Of a DNA stretch of 64,000 nt, positions 1 through 14,843 are shown in pieces. Position 1 is the first letter of the stretch; each line of letters begins with the position of its first letter. Source of the stretch: Chrysomallon squamiferum (Eukaryota; Animalia; Mollusca); the NCBI GenBank assembly GCA_012295275.1, contig CM022665.1:36766001-36830000 (forward strand), written 5' to 3'. The notes beneath the pieces are model-generated. The model saw only the letters and a program-made list of their open reading frames with translations, ran no database searches and was not told the DNA's origin. A program made the translations under genes and the position numbers.

Positions 1-398
1 AGAGTCATACATCCAATTTAAAATATAATATAACAGTACAAATGCCATTCTTAACAAGAATCATAAGAGATGATTAAAACTATGTAAATACAAATGAACA
101 TCCATGAAAACGTATTACTTCATATTTCGAATTATATTAAAAAAAAGTATTTGTGTTATTATCAGCAATAAAAAAATTATTTATTTAATAAAATCTATAA
201 AAAGTATTATCAGTTATATCTATTACTAGCTATAAAAATGTATAATATTATTTATAGACAGAATGTCTAAGGAATGTCTTTAATACTAATGTCTTTTTTA
301 ATATTACCTATTAAAAGACTATCTAAGCATCAGATTTAATGTGGATATAAATATTAAATAAACATAATGTTTATTTAATCACTAACTTTAAAAGTAAC

Positions 399-403
399 TA
401 TTA

Positions 404-452
<49 letters not shown>
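399..452. repeat. (TTA)n microsatellite, representative of about 20 similar arrays in the window
   Basis: Directly visible. Similar arrays lie at about 2157-2210, 3010-3053, 8477-8561, 12843-12903, 13085-13140, 14790-14843, 15725-15814, 16741-16789, 21985-22064, 28001-28045, 31263-31305, 32341-32402, 34694-34759 and 63156-63218. Confidence 0.98.
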
Positions 453-453
<1 letters not shown>

Positions 454-893
454 AAAAGACTATAATATTAACAACAAAATACTACTATCTAGAGTATAAT
501 GTTTATTCATTACTTTAAAGGAGTGTCTCTTTGTATCTATGAAAGTAATTGTCTACTTACTTGTAAAATTGTTATTATTCTATTTTGAACGGATGTACGT
601 GATTACTGTTATGTAGTTAATGTTACGTTATATCTTAATACAGACTTGTATTTGTCGGTCAATTAACAAAAATTAAAAAATTCAGTTGTAATAGGTTTTT
701 TTTCGTAGAGATAAACTTTTCAGGCGCTTTATACACACAAATTAAACTTTATCTAGATTTAAAAACTGTTTTATTCAAACTATTATTTCAAACTAAATTT
801 TTTAATATGTATTTCCTGATATTTCCAACAAACAAAAAAAATGGGTGTAAAAGTGTTTTCTTATTTACTTGTGTATTTGAGGGTTGGTATCAT

Positions 894-936
<43 letters not shown>

Positions 937-1084
937 TTTGTTTGTTTGTTTGTTTTGTTTGTTTGTATGGTTGTCTGATTATTTGTGTATTTATTTATTT
1001 ATTTTATCACACACTTGTAATTAACAACCCATAATTATTCCAAAATAAAAAAATTTTTCATTTTCTCCTTATATATCGTCAGTT

Positions 1085-2160
1085 ATATCTTTCCCTAAAA
1101 CATCATCAAACTTAACATTTCCTTGAAAATATCATTAAAATCTTTTTTATAAAATATGCTAAAACCTTTCTCATTACTAAATATTACATGATTGTTTTTT
1201 GATAAATATTCTTAAAATTTCATCACATTTATATAATTTTTTCTAAACATCATCAAACCTAATTTTTTTCTCTTTTTTTCTAGAATATCATCAGATATCT
1301 GTTTTTTTCTGTAAAGAATAATCAAACATTTTCCCATAGAATATATTTATATATGTAATTCATAATTCGTTAATATCTTCTTTCCTATAGTATTTTGTAA
1401 TAATAACTTTGGTTACAAATGCCACCAAATTTAACTGAAAATATATCCAAAATTATTTCTTCGTTACTTGACTTATTTAACGATTTCTTAAAATATTGGC
1501 ATAGCTTTTAATTCGTAATTTTATTAAATTAATAAATCCTATTTCCTGAAATATATTCAGATTAAACTTTTTCAAAAAAGATATCACTAGAGAAGACTCC
1601 TCAAAATATCAGAAAATCTAAAAAAAAAAATTTTAAAAAAAATTAAATAATCTTCACACATACCTCTGTTTTACCTAAAGTAATAATAAAAAAATAAAAA
1701 AAACACAAATATTTTAATTTCTTAGAATTTCATTAACTGTTTTATTCTCTTTTTTCTATTATATCATCAGAAGTAACTTGGGTTTTTTCTATGATAATAC
1801 TGAAACTTTCTCTTTTACTAAAATGCTATCAGACCTAGCCATACTTTACCTAAAATAACTATTAGACTTAATAATAATAATAATAAAAATAATTATCAAA
1901 CCTAATTCTACTAATTAATCAAGAAACTTTATTTCCTCCAGACGTAACTTTATTTTCTTTATGCAGTATTATTCAAACCTATTCTAATTTTCTTAATTAA
2001 TTAATATATTTACCTCTATTTTTCTCCAATTTACCATGAAATCCTCTTCATTTCATCCTAAAATCTTATTTTTCCTAAAATAATAATAAGTGGGTTTTTT
2101 CTCTATAAAATTATCATATTTAACTCTTTTTGTCCTAATTAATCATGAAACCTTTTATTA

Positions 2161-2212
<52 letters not shown>

Positions 2213-2400
2213 ACAAAAAATATCAACAAACTTAACTTTATTCATTAATAAAATAATCACAAAAATTTCCTTTTTTTTTTTTTTTTTTTTTTTAATCTAA
2301 AATATCACCAAACTTAGATGTACATTTCCTAGAATATCTTTACCCGCCAAATTTATTTTTCACTAAAACAATAACTACACATTCTTAGAAAACAACTAAA
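1085..2400. repeat. Highly decayed minisatellite, about 27-30 bp unit (consensus approx. CCTAAAATATCATCAAACTT...TTTT)
   Basis: Variants of 'aaaa(c/t)atcatcaaac' and 'tttcctagaatatc' recur throughout, e.g. at 1097, 1245, 1282 and 2298. Confidence 0.7.
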
Positions 2401-2409
2401 CCGCTTTAC

Positions 2410-2720
2410 AAAAACAGACCGCGGTGCATTTTCACTGACAAAATCTAATTGACTTTCGATATTTTTCTCCGACGACAAAAACCTGGATAATTGACGTCAT
2501 ATTGCAGCCTGTTATTTTCAATTTGCCTTAATTTTCTTAAGTGGAATTGAAAACGAAGCTTCTGTAGTAAAAATCCTGCCAGTTCTGATCAAGGGAAAAA
2601 CCCTTAATTCGAGAAGTGACATATCGCGATTTATATGGCACGCGACAAGAGGCAATTTGCTTGAATAAAAGTGGTGTTTATATACCTAATTGCACGGGAA
2701 TTAGGTGAAATGTGAAACAT
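2410..2720. promoter_or_regulatory. Putative cis-regulatory island: CRE palindrome and inverted homeodomain-type sites
   Basis: TGACGTCA at 2492-2499. ACCTAATT-N7-AATTAGGT inverted repeat at 2684-2706. CpG-retaining complex sequence in a simple-repeat background. Function is inferred. Confidence 0.35.
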
Positions 2721-3009
2721 CGAAATTTAATGTTTTTCTTCAAGTGAAATTATTAAAAATTAGCCATGAGTTATTTGAATTTATTATTACTGTTATTATT
2801 GTTATTATTATTATTGTTATTGTTGTTGTTGGTTTTTTGTTAATATTTATCGTAATTATTATTATTATTACTACTATTATTTATTTATTTCTTTCTTTAT
2901 TTATTTTTAATAAATTTATTGTTATTATTATTATTATTATTAATTAATTAATTAATTAATTATTTTATTATTATTTATTTATTTATTATTATTATTGATA
3001 TTATTATTG

Positions 3010-3053
<44 letters not shown>

Positions 3054-3334
3054 GCATGTGTTTTAAATGTTGTTGTTAATGATGTTATTGTTGTCGCTGT
3101 TATTTTTGTTATGTTGTTGTTGTGTTGTAGTAAGAGAAATATAATTTGTAATAGTATTGTTCTTACTGTCGTTTTTGCTTTATAGCTGTTCTTTACATTA
3201 TCATCATAATCATCATCATCATCATTATTATTATAATCATCATCATTGTTGTTGCTGCTGATGCTGATGCTGTGCCTGATGCCTTTTGGAAGCCTTAATA
3301 TTTCATTATTTATTTATTCATTATTAGTAAATTT

Positions 3335-3640
3335 ACTACTACTACTACTACCACCACCATCACTACTACCACTACTACTACTACTGCTATTACAACTACT
3401 ATTATTACCACTACTTCTATTATTACTCCTACTACTATTACTACTACTACTATCATTATTACTACTACAACTACTACTACTCTTACTAGTGCTGCTACTA
3501 CTACTACTACTACTACTACTACTATTATTATTATTATTATTATTACTACTACAACTACTACTACTGTTACTAGTGCTGCTACTACTACTACTATTATTAT
3601 TATTATTATTATTATTACTACTACTACTATTCTTATTATT
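3335..3640. repeat. Compound (CTA)n/(TTA)n microsatellite with an internal duplication
   Basis: Directly visible. 'actacaactactactac..tactagtgctgctacta' occurs twice (about 3464 and 3547). This explains the poly-Leu ORF 3246-3653. Confidence 0.95.
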
Positions 3641-4275
3641 ACATTTATTTTAAATGTTGATGTTATTATTGTTTTTATATTAATAAGTAATACTAGTTGT
3701 TATTGCTGTTGTTGTTGTTGTTGTCGTAAGAAAACTGGTAGAAAATTGGTAGTATTGTTATTGTTATTTCTGTTTTGTAGCTGTCCCTTACATTATCATC
3801 ATCATCAATGCTGTTGCTGTTGCAGATGTTGTTTATTTATTTACTTACTTACATGCTTATTTATTTAATTATTTTATTTTATTTTGTTTATATATTTGCT
3901 TTCTTACTTATCTATTCATTCGTTCGTTTGTGTATTTCTTTCTTTCTTTCTTTCCTTCTATTAATGCGATATTCTTCTTCATAACTTTGGTTTGTTACAT
4001 TTTATATTTGTAATTTATTTTCATGTGCATTTAAAAGAAGGGGGAAAAAAATTATTTTATAAAACAAAAGTACTTTGTATGACATTTTTAGAAATAAAAG
4101 TGTTAAGGTGTCACTCTCTTCATTATAACCTGTATTTTATTTACATATCATATTCTGAACACAATAAAAACTTATTTAAAATGTTGAATAAAAGAGTTAA
4201 GACCATTTCTTTCTAGAAATAAACGTTAACATAAAAATAAAACATTATTTCATGAGAATACAAATGTGACCTTTA

Positions 4276-4307
<32 letters not shown>

Positions 4308-5848
4308 CAACAACAGCAACAAGAACAATAAATAATAATAAAAAATAATTATTATTTATTTATTAGTTGTTTGTTTATTTATTTATGTATGTATTCATTC
4401 ATTCATTCATTTATTATTGTTGTGGTTATATGTAACTACGTTATTAATATTAATTTACTTCTGTATAAGTAAGTAGTTATTTACAGATGTGTGTGTGCAT
4501 TTTATACTAAATACAAATGTCTGTACAAGAAACTAATTTATATTTAAGTGACACAAATTTGTAAAAGGGTGACTACTAATAAACATTTCAAGTAATACGG
4601 TTTGTCTGACACAATTCTGTGATAGTTTAAACTATATTCCCTATTTCACAATTACCCTGACTACCGTCAAACAGTAAAATTAACACATTCAAAACTACAA
4701 CATCTTTTTTTGTTTGTTTTCAAATGATTTATAAGCAACAGTATAATAACATTTTTATTTATGTACAGTTCGCTAATATAACATCTACCAGTTTATTTTA
4801 AAGCTTCCCATTCCTAACGAATTAACAAAGAAAAGTTTGTGTGATATTAAGCCGATGATATCCAAACATCGGGAAAGATCGGTAAACAAAAATACCTTCC
4901 ACTCGGCTTTATCCGTTAAGAATCGGCGTCACTGGCGATGCAATCCTAACGATCTTTCCTCCGCGTGCGTCCGAGCCGGCACGACCGTCTCCCTAAAACT
5001 GCAGCAAAAAGAAAAATCTTTCATCGCTCGGCGTTTCTGAAATGGTATAACTATTTCCCCCAAACTTGTCATATCTCTGTGTAAAATCTTCTCCTAGAAT
5101 CTAATCCGGATCGCTTTCCTTTTGATTTTACATCGACGACAGACGAGTTCTTTTATCCTATTTGATACTAATACGCCACTTCTTGTCGGATAATCAGCTT
5201 TTGGATTTCATTGTGGAGAGTCCGCCCGAAATAATACCCTACCGTAAATCTTCCAATAACGAATGTAGTGTTAGTTAGACTTCGAAACAAAACACTAGTA
5301 CACTGTACAAAATGGATCATGTTTGTTTGAAAGACTTGTTAATAAATAAAATAATAAATATGTCTCTATATGTATGTGTGTGTGTGTGTATATATACATA
5401 TATATATACATATACAGACACATACACAGACACACGCACACGCACACACATACTCCACATATACGTTGTTGCTGAAATATAAACAAAGAAATCAGTGTCT
5501 TTAAAATAAAAAATAAAACAACAATGTTTATTTTCAGTAAAAATGAGATAATTCCAAGTCTGGAGCATGTATTCTGGAATCTTAATATTCGTCGTGTATT
5601 CCTCAGATCAGGACGTTAGTAAACTCTGTAATTAAAAATATTTCTAACTGCTATTTAAAAAGTGAATTTTGAAGGGGTGAAACGGGTATGATTTCCACAT
5701 CTGCAAATCTGGCTCCTTTTCAGAAAGGACTACAATAATAAAATAAATATTTTTGATTCAAGAAAGTGAATTTAAAAACAAAACAAAAAACAAGAACAAA
5801 CAAATTCAATAATAAGGTTGTGGTTTTTATTCAAATAACAACCTCAAA

Positions 5849-5879
<31 letters not shown>

Positions 5880-6984
5880 TGCAGAAATTTCCATAATTTA
5901 TATCATTTTTAAAACTTAATTTATCACCTGTGTTTTAAAACAATATTAAATAATTGTCAAAACATTAAGAAACTTTTTAAAGCTAGTTTTAAGAAAGATA
6001 GTATATGGTGAAATAAAACAAAATAACAAATAAAAATCTTTGTTTTTATTCGTGTATTCATATTAAATATCTAAACGATTAGTTAGTTTTCAGAATCACA
6101 CAGAAAGACACAACTGCTGTGGGATGTTTGAATTCTTAACCGTCAACATTTCCATTCAAACTGACTCAAAGAAAAGTGATTTTATTAAGTGTCAGCTTGT
6201 TTAATACACACGTTAAGATAATCTTAGAGAGCGAGGAATAAGCGGAGGAAAATAACGTAACAGTAAGAATACGCGTGGTGTTGGTTTTATTCCAGTATTT
6301 ACGGTAAACATCTCCAACGATCGTCTGCTACCCTCAACGGTCGTCTGATTTAACGTCTGCCTGGACGTTGCGATGTCAGCGATACGGCTCTGGTCGCTGT
6401 GAGATGCAGACGTCGTATCCGAATTTGATCCATCATAAATACGGTGTTGCAATATCAACTGTTGGGCGAAACACATTTGGCTTTTTACTTGTGTCGGGCT
6501 AGATGACTTCAAAGAGGAGAGAGCAATAAAGCGATGTGTTTTATCAGAAATGGTCTCCGTCAGAGGCAGAAAAACATCTATTGCAGTCATTACCTATGCG
6601 AATTTCTGCAACTTCCCGTGCATCGACAATGGTTGAAAATAAACTGGTTAATAAAATTCACATGAAGCAGGCTTTGAATAACCTCGAATGTCATGCCAAT
6701 GGCTTCCAAATAGGTGGCTTTTGTTGAAGTTTATATTAAGAAAGCCCGAGATAAAGACTTCCTTTGAAGTGCTTCACGATGTCTGAAATAAGTTAATAAA
6801 TAAAAGTTTTAATAACGTATTTTGCTTTTCAGTGTTTTAAATGCAGGTGAAACGAAACAGAAGCAATGGTTTAATGACTAGAAGTGTTCCTTCGACAAGA
6901 AAAGAAATTAAATTAATGTTTATAATCATTTATGTCAAATGATAATTGGTGTACTTCGTGATATAGTATAACATAAGCTATAAA

Positions 6985-7088
<104 letters not shown>

Positions 7089-7367
7089 ATATGTTATTAA
7101 TTTCTATTATTATTATTATTATTATGGTACTGCCTTGTTCAAGGTTCAAATTTAAGATCGGATTAATTTTTTATTTTAAATAATAATAATAATAATAATT
7201 TTTTTTTTTAAATTTAAGAATTTAGGACCTGAACCAAATACCCAACAAACATGTATATTTATTTATTTATATTCCAGTACATAACAACACCTGCTTTGAA
7301 TTTAAAAATGGCTACTCGACATCTATTTTATTCATGTTTTTCTTCTTTTTATTTTCTTTTTTTTTTC

Positions 7368-7406
<39 letters not shown>

Positions 7407-8474
7407 TTGACTTTTTCTGGTTTTTTTTTTTTTATATATATATATATATATATTCTTTATTTTATTCACTATTCACTTTTTATCCAATTCCATCACGAAC
7501 TCGACTGTAACTCTTAAAACGACTCAAACTGATCGGATTATAAAGCATTAATCTTTTTCCACGAGAAATCTCAATATTTGTCTTTTCCTTGGTTTCTAAC
7601 CTCGCCGCTTCTCCTTCCGATTGACTGTGATATAATTGGCGAGGCTTCTTCGACAAACGAAACCATCGCGAGCATTGATGAAGACTTCTAACGTGCGCCT
7701 CCCTGCAGTAGACATGTGCAGACGGAAATATTACACCTTTAATAGCAGTTCTCTTGGATTATTCACGTAGAAAAATAGATACACTAGGAAATAGAGCTTG
7801 ACAGTCGATGGGTCAGTTAGTATTTGTGTATGCTTATTAGACGTTTTTGGCGAGCTCGGAAAATAATCTTGTTTTTGTTAGACGCACAGATTCAACAAAA
7901 TCATATTAAGTCTCTGTTTGCGATGGGAAAAGGTTATTAAATATATCGATATTTGTGTGTGTATTTTTATAAACTGCCTTCAGGCAGAAGACTTTTTCTT
8001 CTTCTTTTTTTTCATAATGACGTTCATTATGATGATGAGTTATTGTTGAAAAAAAAGATATATAGTAATAAAGAATAATATAAATTTTGTTTTGTATTTT
8101 TGTTTGTTTGTTGTTTTTTCTCGTAAATATATAAAATTTGAATGATTTATATAAATGTTTATTAATTTTTTTTTCCTTTTTTTTTTTTCTGTTATTTCTT
8201 TCTTTCTTTCATATCTTTATTTTGTTTTTGTCAATTTTTATTTTGTTTTCTTTCTGTTATCCCATTTGTTTTCTTATTTTTTACCATCTTTAGATTCGAT
8301 ATTATTTTTATAGAAAAACAGAATGTCAGTAGCTTTTTATGTATGAGGTTTTTTGGAGTTTTTAATAATTGTTTTATAAAGAGAGCGAGAAATGAAATGC
8401 AAACATATATCCATTATATTAAGAATAATAATATGAATGCTATCTACAGCAAACATCATTAACACCAACAACAA

Positions 8475-8562
<88 letters not shown>

Positions 8563-8799
8563 GACTAAGTATAACCGACTGCTTAATACACAAAAATGCA
8601 AGATAATTATACTGTGTATATTAAATTAACCAATATTATAAATGAGATTAAAATTATCTGTGCTGTAAGTATATCTGAAAAAAGACAGTTCAAGGTGAAA
8701 ATTATGTGGTCTTTGTTTATGATCTGTTACTATCTTACTCTTCATAAATAATTTAATTTTCAAAATCGTATTTTTCAAAATCAAATCCCAACTTTGTTT

Positions 8800-9620
8800 T
8801 AACTGTTTAAATAACTTTAGTCTCTGTTTAAATAACAGTACTTTTATTACTTCAAATAACTGAGATTTCTGTTGTTTAAATAACAGAAATCTCCATCAGT
8901 TTAAATTCATTTCTATCAGTTTAAATAACGGTCACTTCCATCCCTTTAAATAGCTGTAATCTCTTTCCGTTTAAATAACTGTAATCTCTATCCGTTTAAA
9001 TAACTGTAATCTCTATCCGTTTAAATAACTGTAATCTCTATCCGTTTGAATAACTGTAATCTCTTTCCGTTTGAATAAAAGTCATTTCTGCCAGTTTAAA
9101 AAAACTGTAGATTTTGTCTGCGTAAATAACTGTAATTTTTATGCGTTTGAATAAAATCAGTTATATTATCTGTAACTGATTCCAGTAAACAGAAATACCT
9201 TGAGCCCGTTTTAGTAAATAAATAACACAATTTGAACAACTGAAATAACTGCATCTTTGTCTTATCTTAAATGTTATTACCCAAAGACATTCTAATTTCT
9301 ATCAGTTTAAATACTTAATTAATGAATTTATGTCCGTTTAAATCAGTGACATTTTAATCTGTCCAGATCAGTGAAGTTTCTACCCGTAAAAATAACAGAA
9401 ATATTCTGTCCGTTTAAACAACTGAAATTTATATCAGATTAAATAACTGAAATTTTGTCAGTTGTTGGTTTGTGATATTTCGCTTCGTTTAAATCACTTA
9501 AATTTCCGACTGTTTAATTAACTGAAATTTCTTTTTGTTTAAAAAACAAGACAACAACTAAAATTAGCAGACACAAAATACTGTGCCTTTAAATGATTTT
9601 AATTTCTATTCGTTTTAATA
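8800..9620. repeat. 25-bp minisatellite (TTAAATAACTGTAATCTCTATCCGT) with a near-perfect core and decayed flanks
   Basis: Five near-identical units start at 8946, 8971, 8996, 9021 and 9046. Diverged 'gtttaaataac' units extend on both sides. Confidence 0.95.
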
Positions 9621-11054
9621 CTGGATAATTTTAAACAATTTAATTTTTTTTTTTATTATTATATATTTTTTTATCTATGAGTCAGATGATGAACTTTTTG
9701 AAACGTGTTTACATAAACTAAAGTTTTAAGTACAGCTACCATTGATACAGTTAAATAAACTCTATCAAATTCACAAACACTTTGATGTGGGTTAATTAAG
9801 GACAGGTTTGTAATGTTTTAATTCTTTATGTCATTATTTGTTTAACTTTAATTAAAGTCCCTATCTTAATCATCACGACATATGTTATTTATGGGAAAAC
9901 CAGCGGAAACATTTATTTAACTGCTGTTGTAATTTTTATCTTTATTAAATAGTATATTTTTTCTCTCTCGTTCTCTGTATATTTCTTTGTTGTTCTTTCT
10001 GTTTATCTTTATTTATTTCTCCCTGTTCTCTGTTGCAGTTTTTTTTTTTCTCTCTCTCTCTCTGTTTCCAGTTTAATAATTTTTGAACATACGATGTACT
10101 TGTTAGGTTCTTAATTATTATTTAATATTTTTATTTTATTTTTTTAATTTTTATTATTAGTATGTTTTTCATGTGTGTGCTCGCAATTCACATTAATGTA
10201 TACAACAGCAACTCACATAAATTTAAAAAATAAAAATTAGTTATTCCTATTCCAAAATATTAAAATAATTGTTAAAATAAAAATCGTATTTTTTGTTACA
10301 ATTTTGTCTCTTATTATTTTTTCTTTTTCAATTTTTTCTTTTTTTTTTTTTTTTTGTTTTTCGTTTTTCTTTTCTTTTATTATTATTCTTTTTTCAAACT
10401 GTTTTTTTTTTTTTTTTTTCGTTTCCAACACAAAAAGAAGAAAAAAAAAAAAAAAGAAAGAAAAAAATCCCCCAGATGCCAAGGTAACGTGTCACTTTGA
10501 AAAAATGGCACTAAGTCAAAACCAATTGACCGACGTCATAATTATTTTACTTAATGTGTTCTTTAATGACCTTGTATTCAACGACCAAAAAATATCCAAA
10601 TTGAAAAAGAAAGTTAAAGATATTAAAAGCGAGTCATATTCCGTCTAATTGGCTGACTTAATGGCTTCAATATCGTGACAGGTAATTTGAAACACTGTCA
10701 TTTTTTTTAACAAGTATGATTTCCATTGCCTCTCACATGTCATCGTTACTGCTTCCAACTCCAAGGTGTTGGGTTCGTGTTCAGATATTCAGAAAGCAAA
10801 TTGCATCAGTCAACAAACTTTTTTACCTCACCCAGACGGAATGAAAAATAATGAAATTTGAAGTGTTGATATGTCACATCTAAGGTTGAAATATTGCATT
10901 AAAATAGAATTTAAAAAAATAAAAAAATAAAAACAACAATATTAAATAATAGTTTTTATTTCTTTTGATAAAGAATGTGTCTGTATGCTTATAATTTCCA
11001 TATAAGTGTGTGCGTGTTTGTGTGTGTGTTTCTTATGTTTCTATTTAGTCATTT

Positions 11055-11097
<43 letters not shown>

Positions 11098-12262
11098 TTT
11101 TATTTTATTTTGCTTTATTTTTCCTTTTATATTTATTTTATTTTATTTTATTTTTTTTTTTTATTACTATTAAAATTATTATTATTTATTTATTTATTTT
11201 TATTTTTATTTTTTATTTATTTCCACAAGAGGCTATTCATTTATTTACTGTGCATATCATTTTGCACAACACACTTCCTAATTCCCTCGGCGATTTGCCT
11301 TCTCGTCCGCAACGCATAAATCAACACTTAGGCAAAGTTTCCGCGACAGTTCTGACTCAGTTTAATAATTCAATAGATCGATTCTCAATCGCTTATGATT
11401 GTTTGTGACAGTAACGCAGCCCCGCACACATATGTCACTGCCTAAATGCCGCAAGAAATAGAAGGGAGGTTCATCATTTGAGGTCGGTGGTGTAGAAATT
11501 CGAGCCGATTGCTTTTGAAGGAGATTTCGTGTTGCACGCTACCAGCGGCACTTTACCGCGAAATGAATAGCCAATGACTCCAAACGGAGAAGCAATGAAG
11601 TCGTCTAAATTTCATTCAGGTGTTTGGGGTTGGAGTCGAGTCAGACACACATTCGCCGCTGAAATCTACCTTGTCCATTGCAAGCGGTCGCAATTCGATA
11701 GGTTCTCGCAATTTGTGCTAATTTCGACTGTAAGTGTAACCGACACCAGTAACCGCTTGGTCAATTTCTCTTGTTGTTTGTGACAGGTTATGGACAAGGA
11801 AATCAGTTATTAATGTCAATGTCGCTGTCTAGATGTACAAACCACTGAGCTGGGTAAAAAAAGAAAGAAAAAAAAAGAATTAAAAAAAAAAGAAAAAAAG
11901 AAATACAATAGTAAATGTGACTGAAGATAAAGAAACGCATTCCAGAGATTACGTTTTGAATTATGAATAAGAATAACTGTAATTCAAAAGAGATTTTTTA
12001 AAAACGGGGGTAAATGTAATGTGCGTGAAGACGAATGTCCACGTGCATTTGTGCGCGGAAGCTTGGTTTTACTTCCTAGTTTCGTTTTAAGAAAACATTT
12101 TGCTTAGGTGACAGTTCCGAATATGTAGAAGATCAAGAGAAAGAATGTGAAGAATGAGAGAGTGGAAGAGCAACACACACAAACAGAGACACGAGGACCC
12201 AGCCTTGCTTCAAATACAGAAATAAAATACTAGTAATATGTTTTTTATTTACCTATTTATAT

Positions 12263-12335
12263 ATACATACATACATACATACATACATACATACATACAT
12301 ACATACATACATACATACATACATACATACATACA
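12263..12335. repeat. (CATA)n microsatellite
   Basis: Perfect tetranucleotide run. Related (TATG)/(CATA) arrays lie at about 19030-19064, 21660-21903, 22920-23086, 49150-49263 and 61686-61736. Confidence 0.97.
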
Positions 12336-12708
12336 TGCATATATTAAATAAGTAAATAAATAAATAAATAAAACCCCTCAACTATTAATAATTTTCATTC
12401 CAGGACATTTCAAATGTGTGTTTGTGCGCGCGCTATAATTTATGCTTTAAATATCTAAACTGTTTTAAAGTTTTATGCAGAATATTAGCATAAACATCTA
12501 CCTTTATAAAATTTGTTTTAAGTCTTACAAAGTTTATATTCGTATGTTACGTATATTAATCTTAAGAATTTTCTTTTAGGATATTTTAACTGTTCACACG
12601 TTCTGACAACTTTCTAATTGTTTTAAAGTTTCTCCTAACGCGATAGGAATGAATGTCTTATCTAATTTTATAAACCGTTCTGTCATTTTATATATATATA
12701 TATATGTA

Positions 12709-12712
<4 letters not shown>

Positions 12713-12758
<46 letters not shown>
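12713..12758. repeat. (TG)n microsatellite
   Basis: Perfect run. Others lie at about 24765-24819, 27416-27460 and 46818-46847. Confidence 0.98.
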
Positions 12759-12761
<3 letters not shown>

Positions 12762-12839
12762 AAGGTGTAAGGTAAAATTAATAAAGAATGTGTCTGATTT
12801 TGTCTAAAATAATTGTTGTTCTTAGAGTTTAACATGCTA

Positions 12840-12903
<64 letters not shown>

Positions 12904-13081
12904 TTGTTTATTTATTTATTTATTGCGTTAATATAATTAATTTATTTATTTATAATTTTATTTATTTTTCATTTATATTTTTTTATTATTATTATTTTTG
13001 AGAAAAAAAAATTATAAAAATATTTTAAAAAATTAAAGCCAACTGATTTTATCATCATCATTATCATCAACATCATCATCA

Positions 13082-13142
<61 letters not shown>

Positions 13143-13829
13143 AAGCAGCCTAAGATGGTTTTGATTTATAAAAAACTCCTTTGTTTGTATTTTAATTATT
13201 GTTTTGTTGTTCGAGCAAGTCATTTGGTTTATGATAATAGATTGTTTCTCAGACTTTCGGGGTTTTTTCTGGGTTGTTTTTTTTTGTTTTGTTTTTTTTT
13301 TTTTTTTTTTTTTTTTCTTTTCTGAACTTACCTGCTTAAACCGCTATGACATATTACATTAAATATTTATTTTTTTGGTTTTGTTGTAATTTTCGAATAC
13401 GAATAAAAGCAACACCTCAAAATACACGAGCGTCAGTTAAAAAAAAAAAAAAAAAAGAAGTAAGTAAGCACTGATCGATCAATGCTTTTAGTTTTTAAAA
13501 CCGATCTTTTTAATTTTGACTGTTTTATCCAGCGAGCCGCGCCACTTTGAACAGATCCTGTTTCTTTGACATGCAAAAAGTACAAAAAGAGGGACGCGAG
13601 CCTGTGACAGAGACAACGCAGATCCCCTCTGCCTCGATAATCTTAGAAGATTAGTGTTCTGCAGTGTAATAATTTATCTGAGAGGTAAAGAATACAATCA
13701 TTTAAAGAGGTGTTTTACGATTCGCCTTATTGTTTATAAGACGTAACCCACAAAGGATTGCTGCCAGGGTAGAGTGTCTCTGGTTTCCGGTTTTAGGATG
13801 TGTTTGTTTTATTATTTTATGGACGAAGG

Positions 13830-13862
<33 letters not shown>

Positions 13863-14787
13863 TAAAAGGTAGGAAAATTGAAAGGGATAGGAAGAAGAGA
13901 ATGAGATAAAAGAGTGAAAGAGGAAGGAGAAAGTGAGGCAAATAAAACAACAGAGAGAGAGAAAGAGAGAGAAGATGTGAGTGAGACTGACGTAGAGTTG
14001 TGTTTGCGTGTGTGAGTGTACGTATATGTGTTGTGTTTATTTTAGTTTTGTGAAATGTATTTTTTGACTTTCGAATTAATCTTCAATTTTTTTTTTTTTT
14101 TTTTTTTCTTTTCTGTATGGTTGCTTTTGTTTGGGTTTTTTTTTTTTTTTTTTTTCTTTTGTTTTTGTTTTTGATGTTTTTTTGTTTTGTTGTTGTTGTT
14201 GTTTGTTTTTGTTGTTGTTTTTTTAGTTAATGGTGGACGGCATATATTTTATTTTGGATGAAGTCACTGTTTTTTGTTGGTGGTCGTGATTTTTGTTTTG
14301 TTTTTTTACTTTACAGTGCTATTGCTGTTTTGGAAGGAAGGGCATTTTTTTTTTTTTTTTTTAATTTTTGTTCTTTTTGTTTTCTTTGTTTTGTTGTCGT
14401 TTTATTATTCTTCATTTTGGTAATGATGGTAAGTCTTTCTGAAAAATAAAATTAAAGAAACTGCCAGTTATTATTTAAATATTCCTTAAATAGAACAGCT
14501 TTTTAAAAGTTTTATTTATTTATTTATCAAAAAAAATCAGTCACAGTTACAAATATTAGAAAATAATGATGATGATAATGATTATGACTATTATTATTAT
14601 TATTATTATTACTACTACTATTATTAATCATCATCATCATTATTATTATTATTATTAATAAAGATTTCATGATTATTACTACTACTACTACTATTATTAT
14701 TATTAGTAGTAGTAGTAGTAGTAAAGAATAATTTATAAAAGTGTTTTTAAAAATGAAAGCCTAGTAATTTTATCATCATCATCATCA

Positions 14788-14843
<56 letters not shown>

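Noticed and set aside
6213-6590. 125-aa minus-strand ORF, and a 'tatccgaatttg' resemblance to miR-10
   Set aside because: No recognisable homology. The miR-10 seed (ACCCTGT) and a hairpin are absent.
7591-7665. Nested stems GGTTTC/GAAACC and CCTCGCC/GGCGAGG suggesting a hammerhead ribozyme
   Set aside because: The CUGANGA core is missing at the required position.
8946-9070. Regular 25-bp repeats as a CRISPR array
   Set aside because: The units are head-to-tail with no unique spacers, the context is eukaryotic and there are no cas genes.
13327-13350. Minus-strand CAG|GTAAGT with a possible 12-nt exon
   Set aside because: There is no pyrimidine tract upstream of the putative acceptor, and it lies opposite the inferred sense strand.
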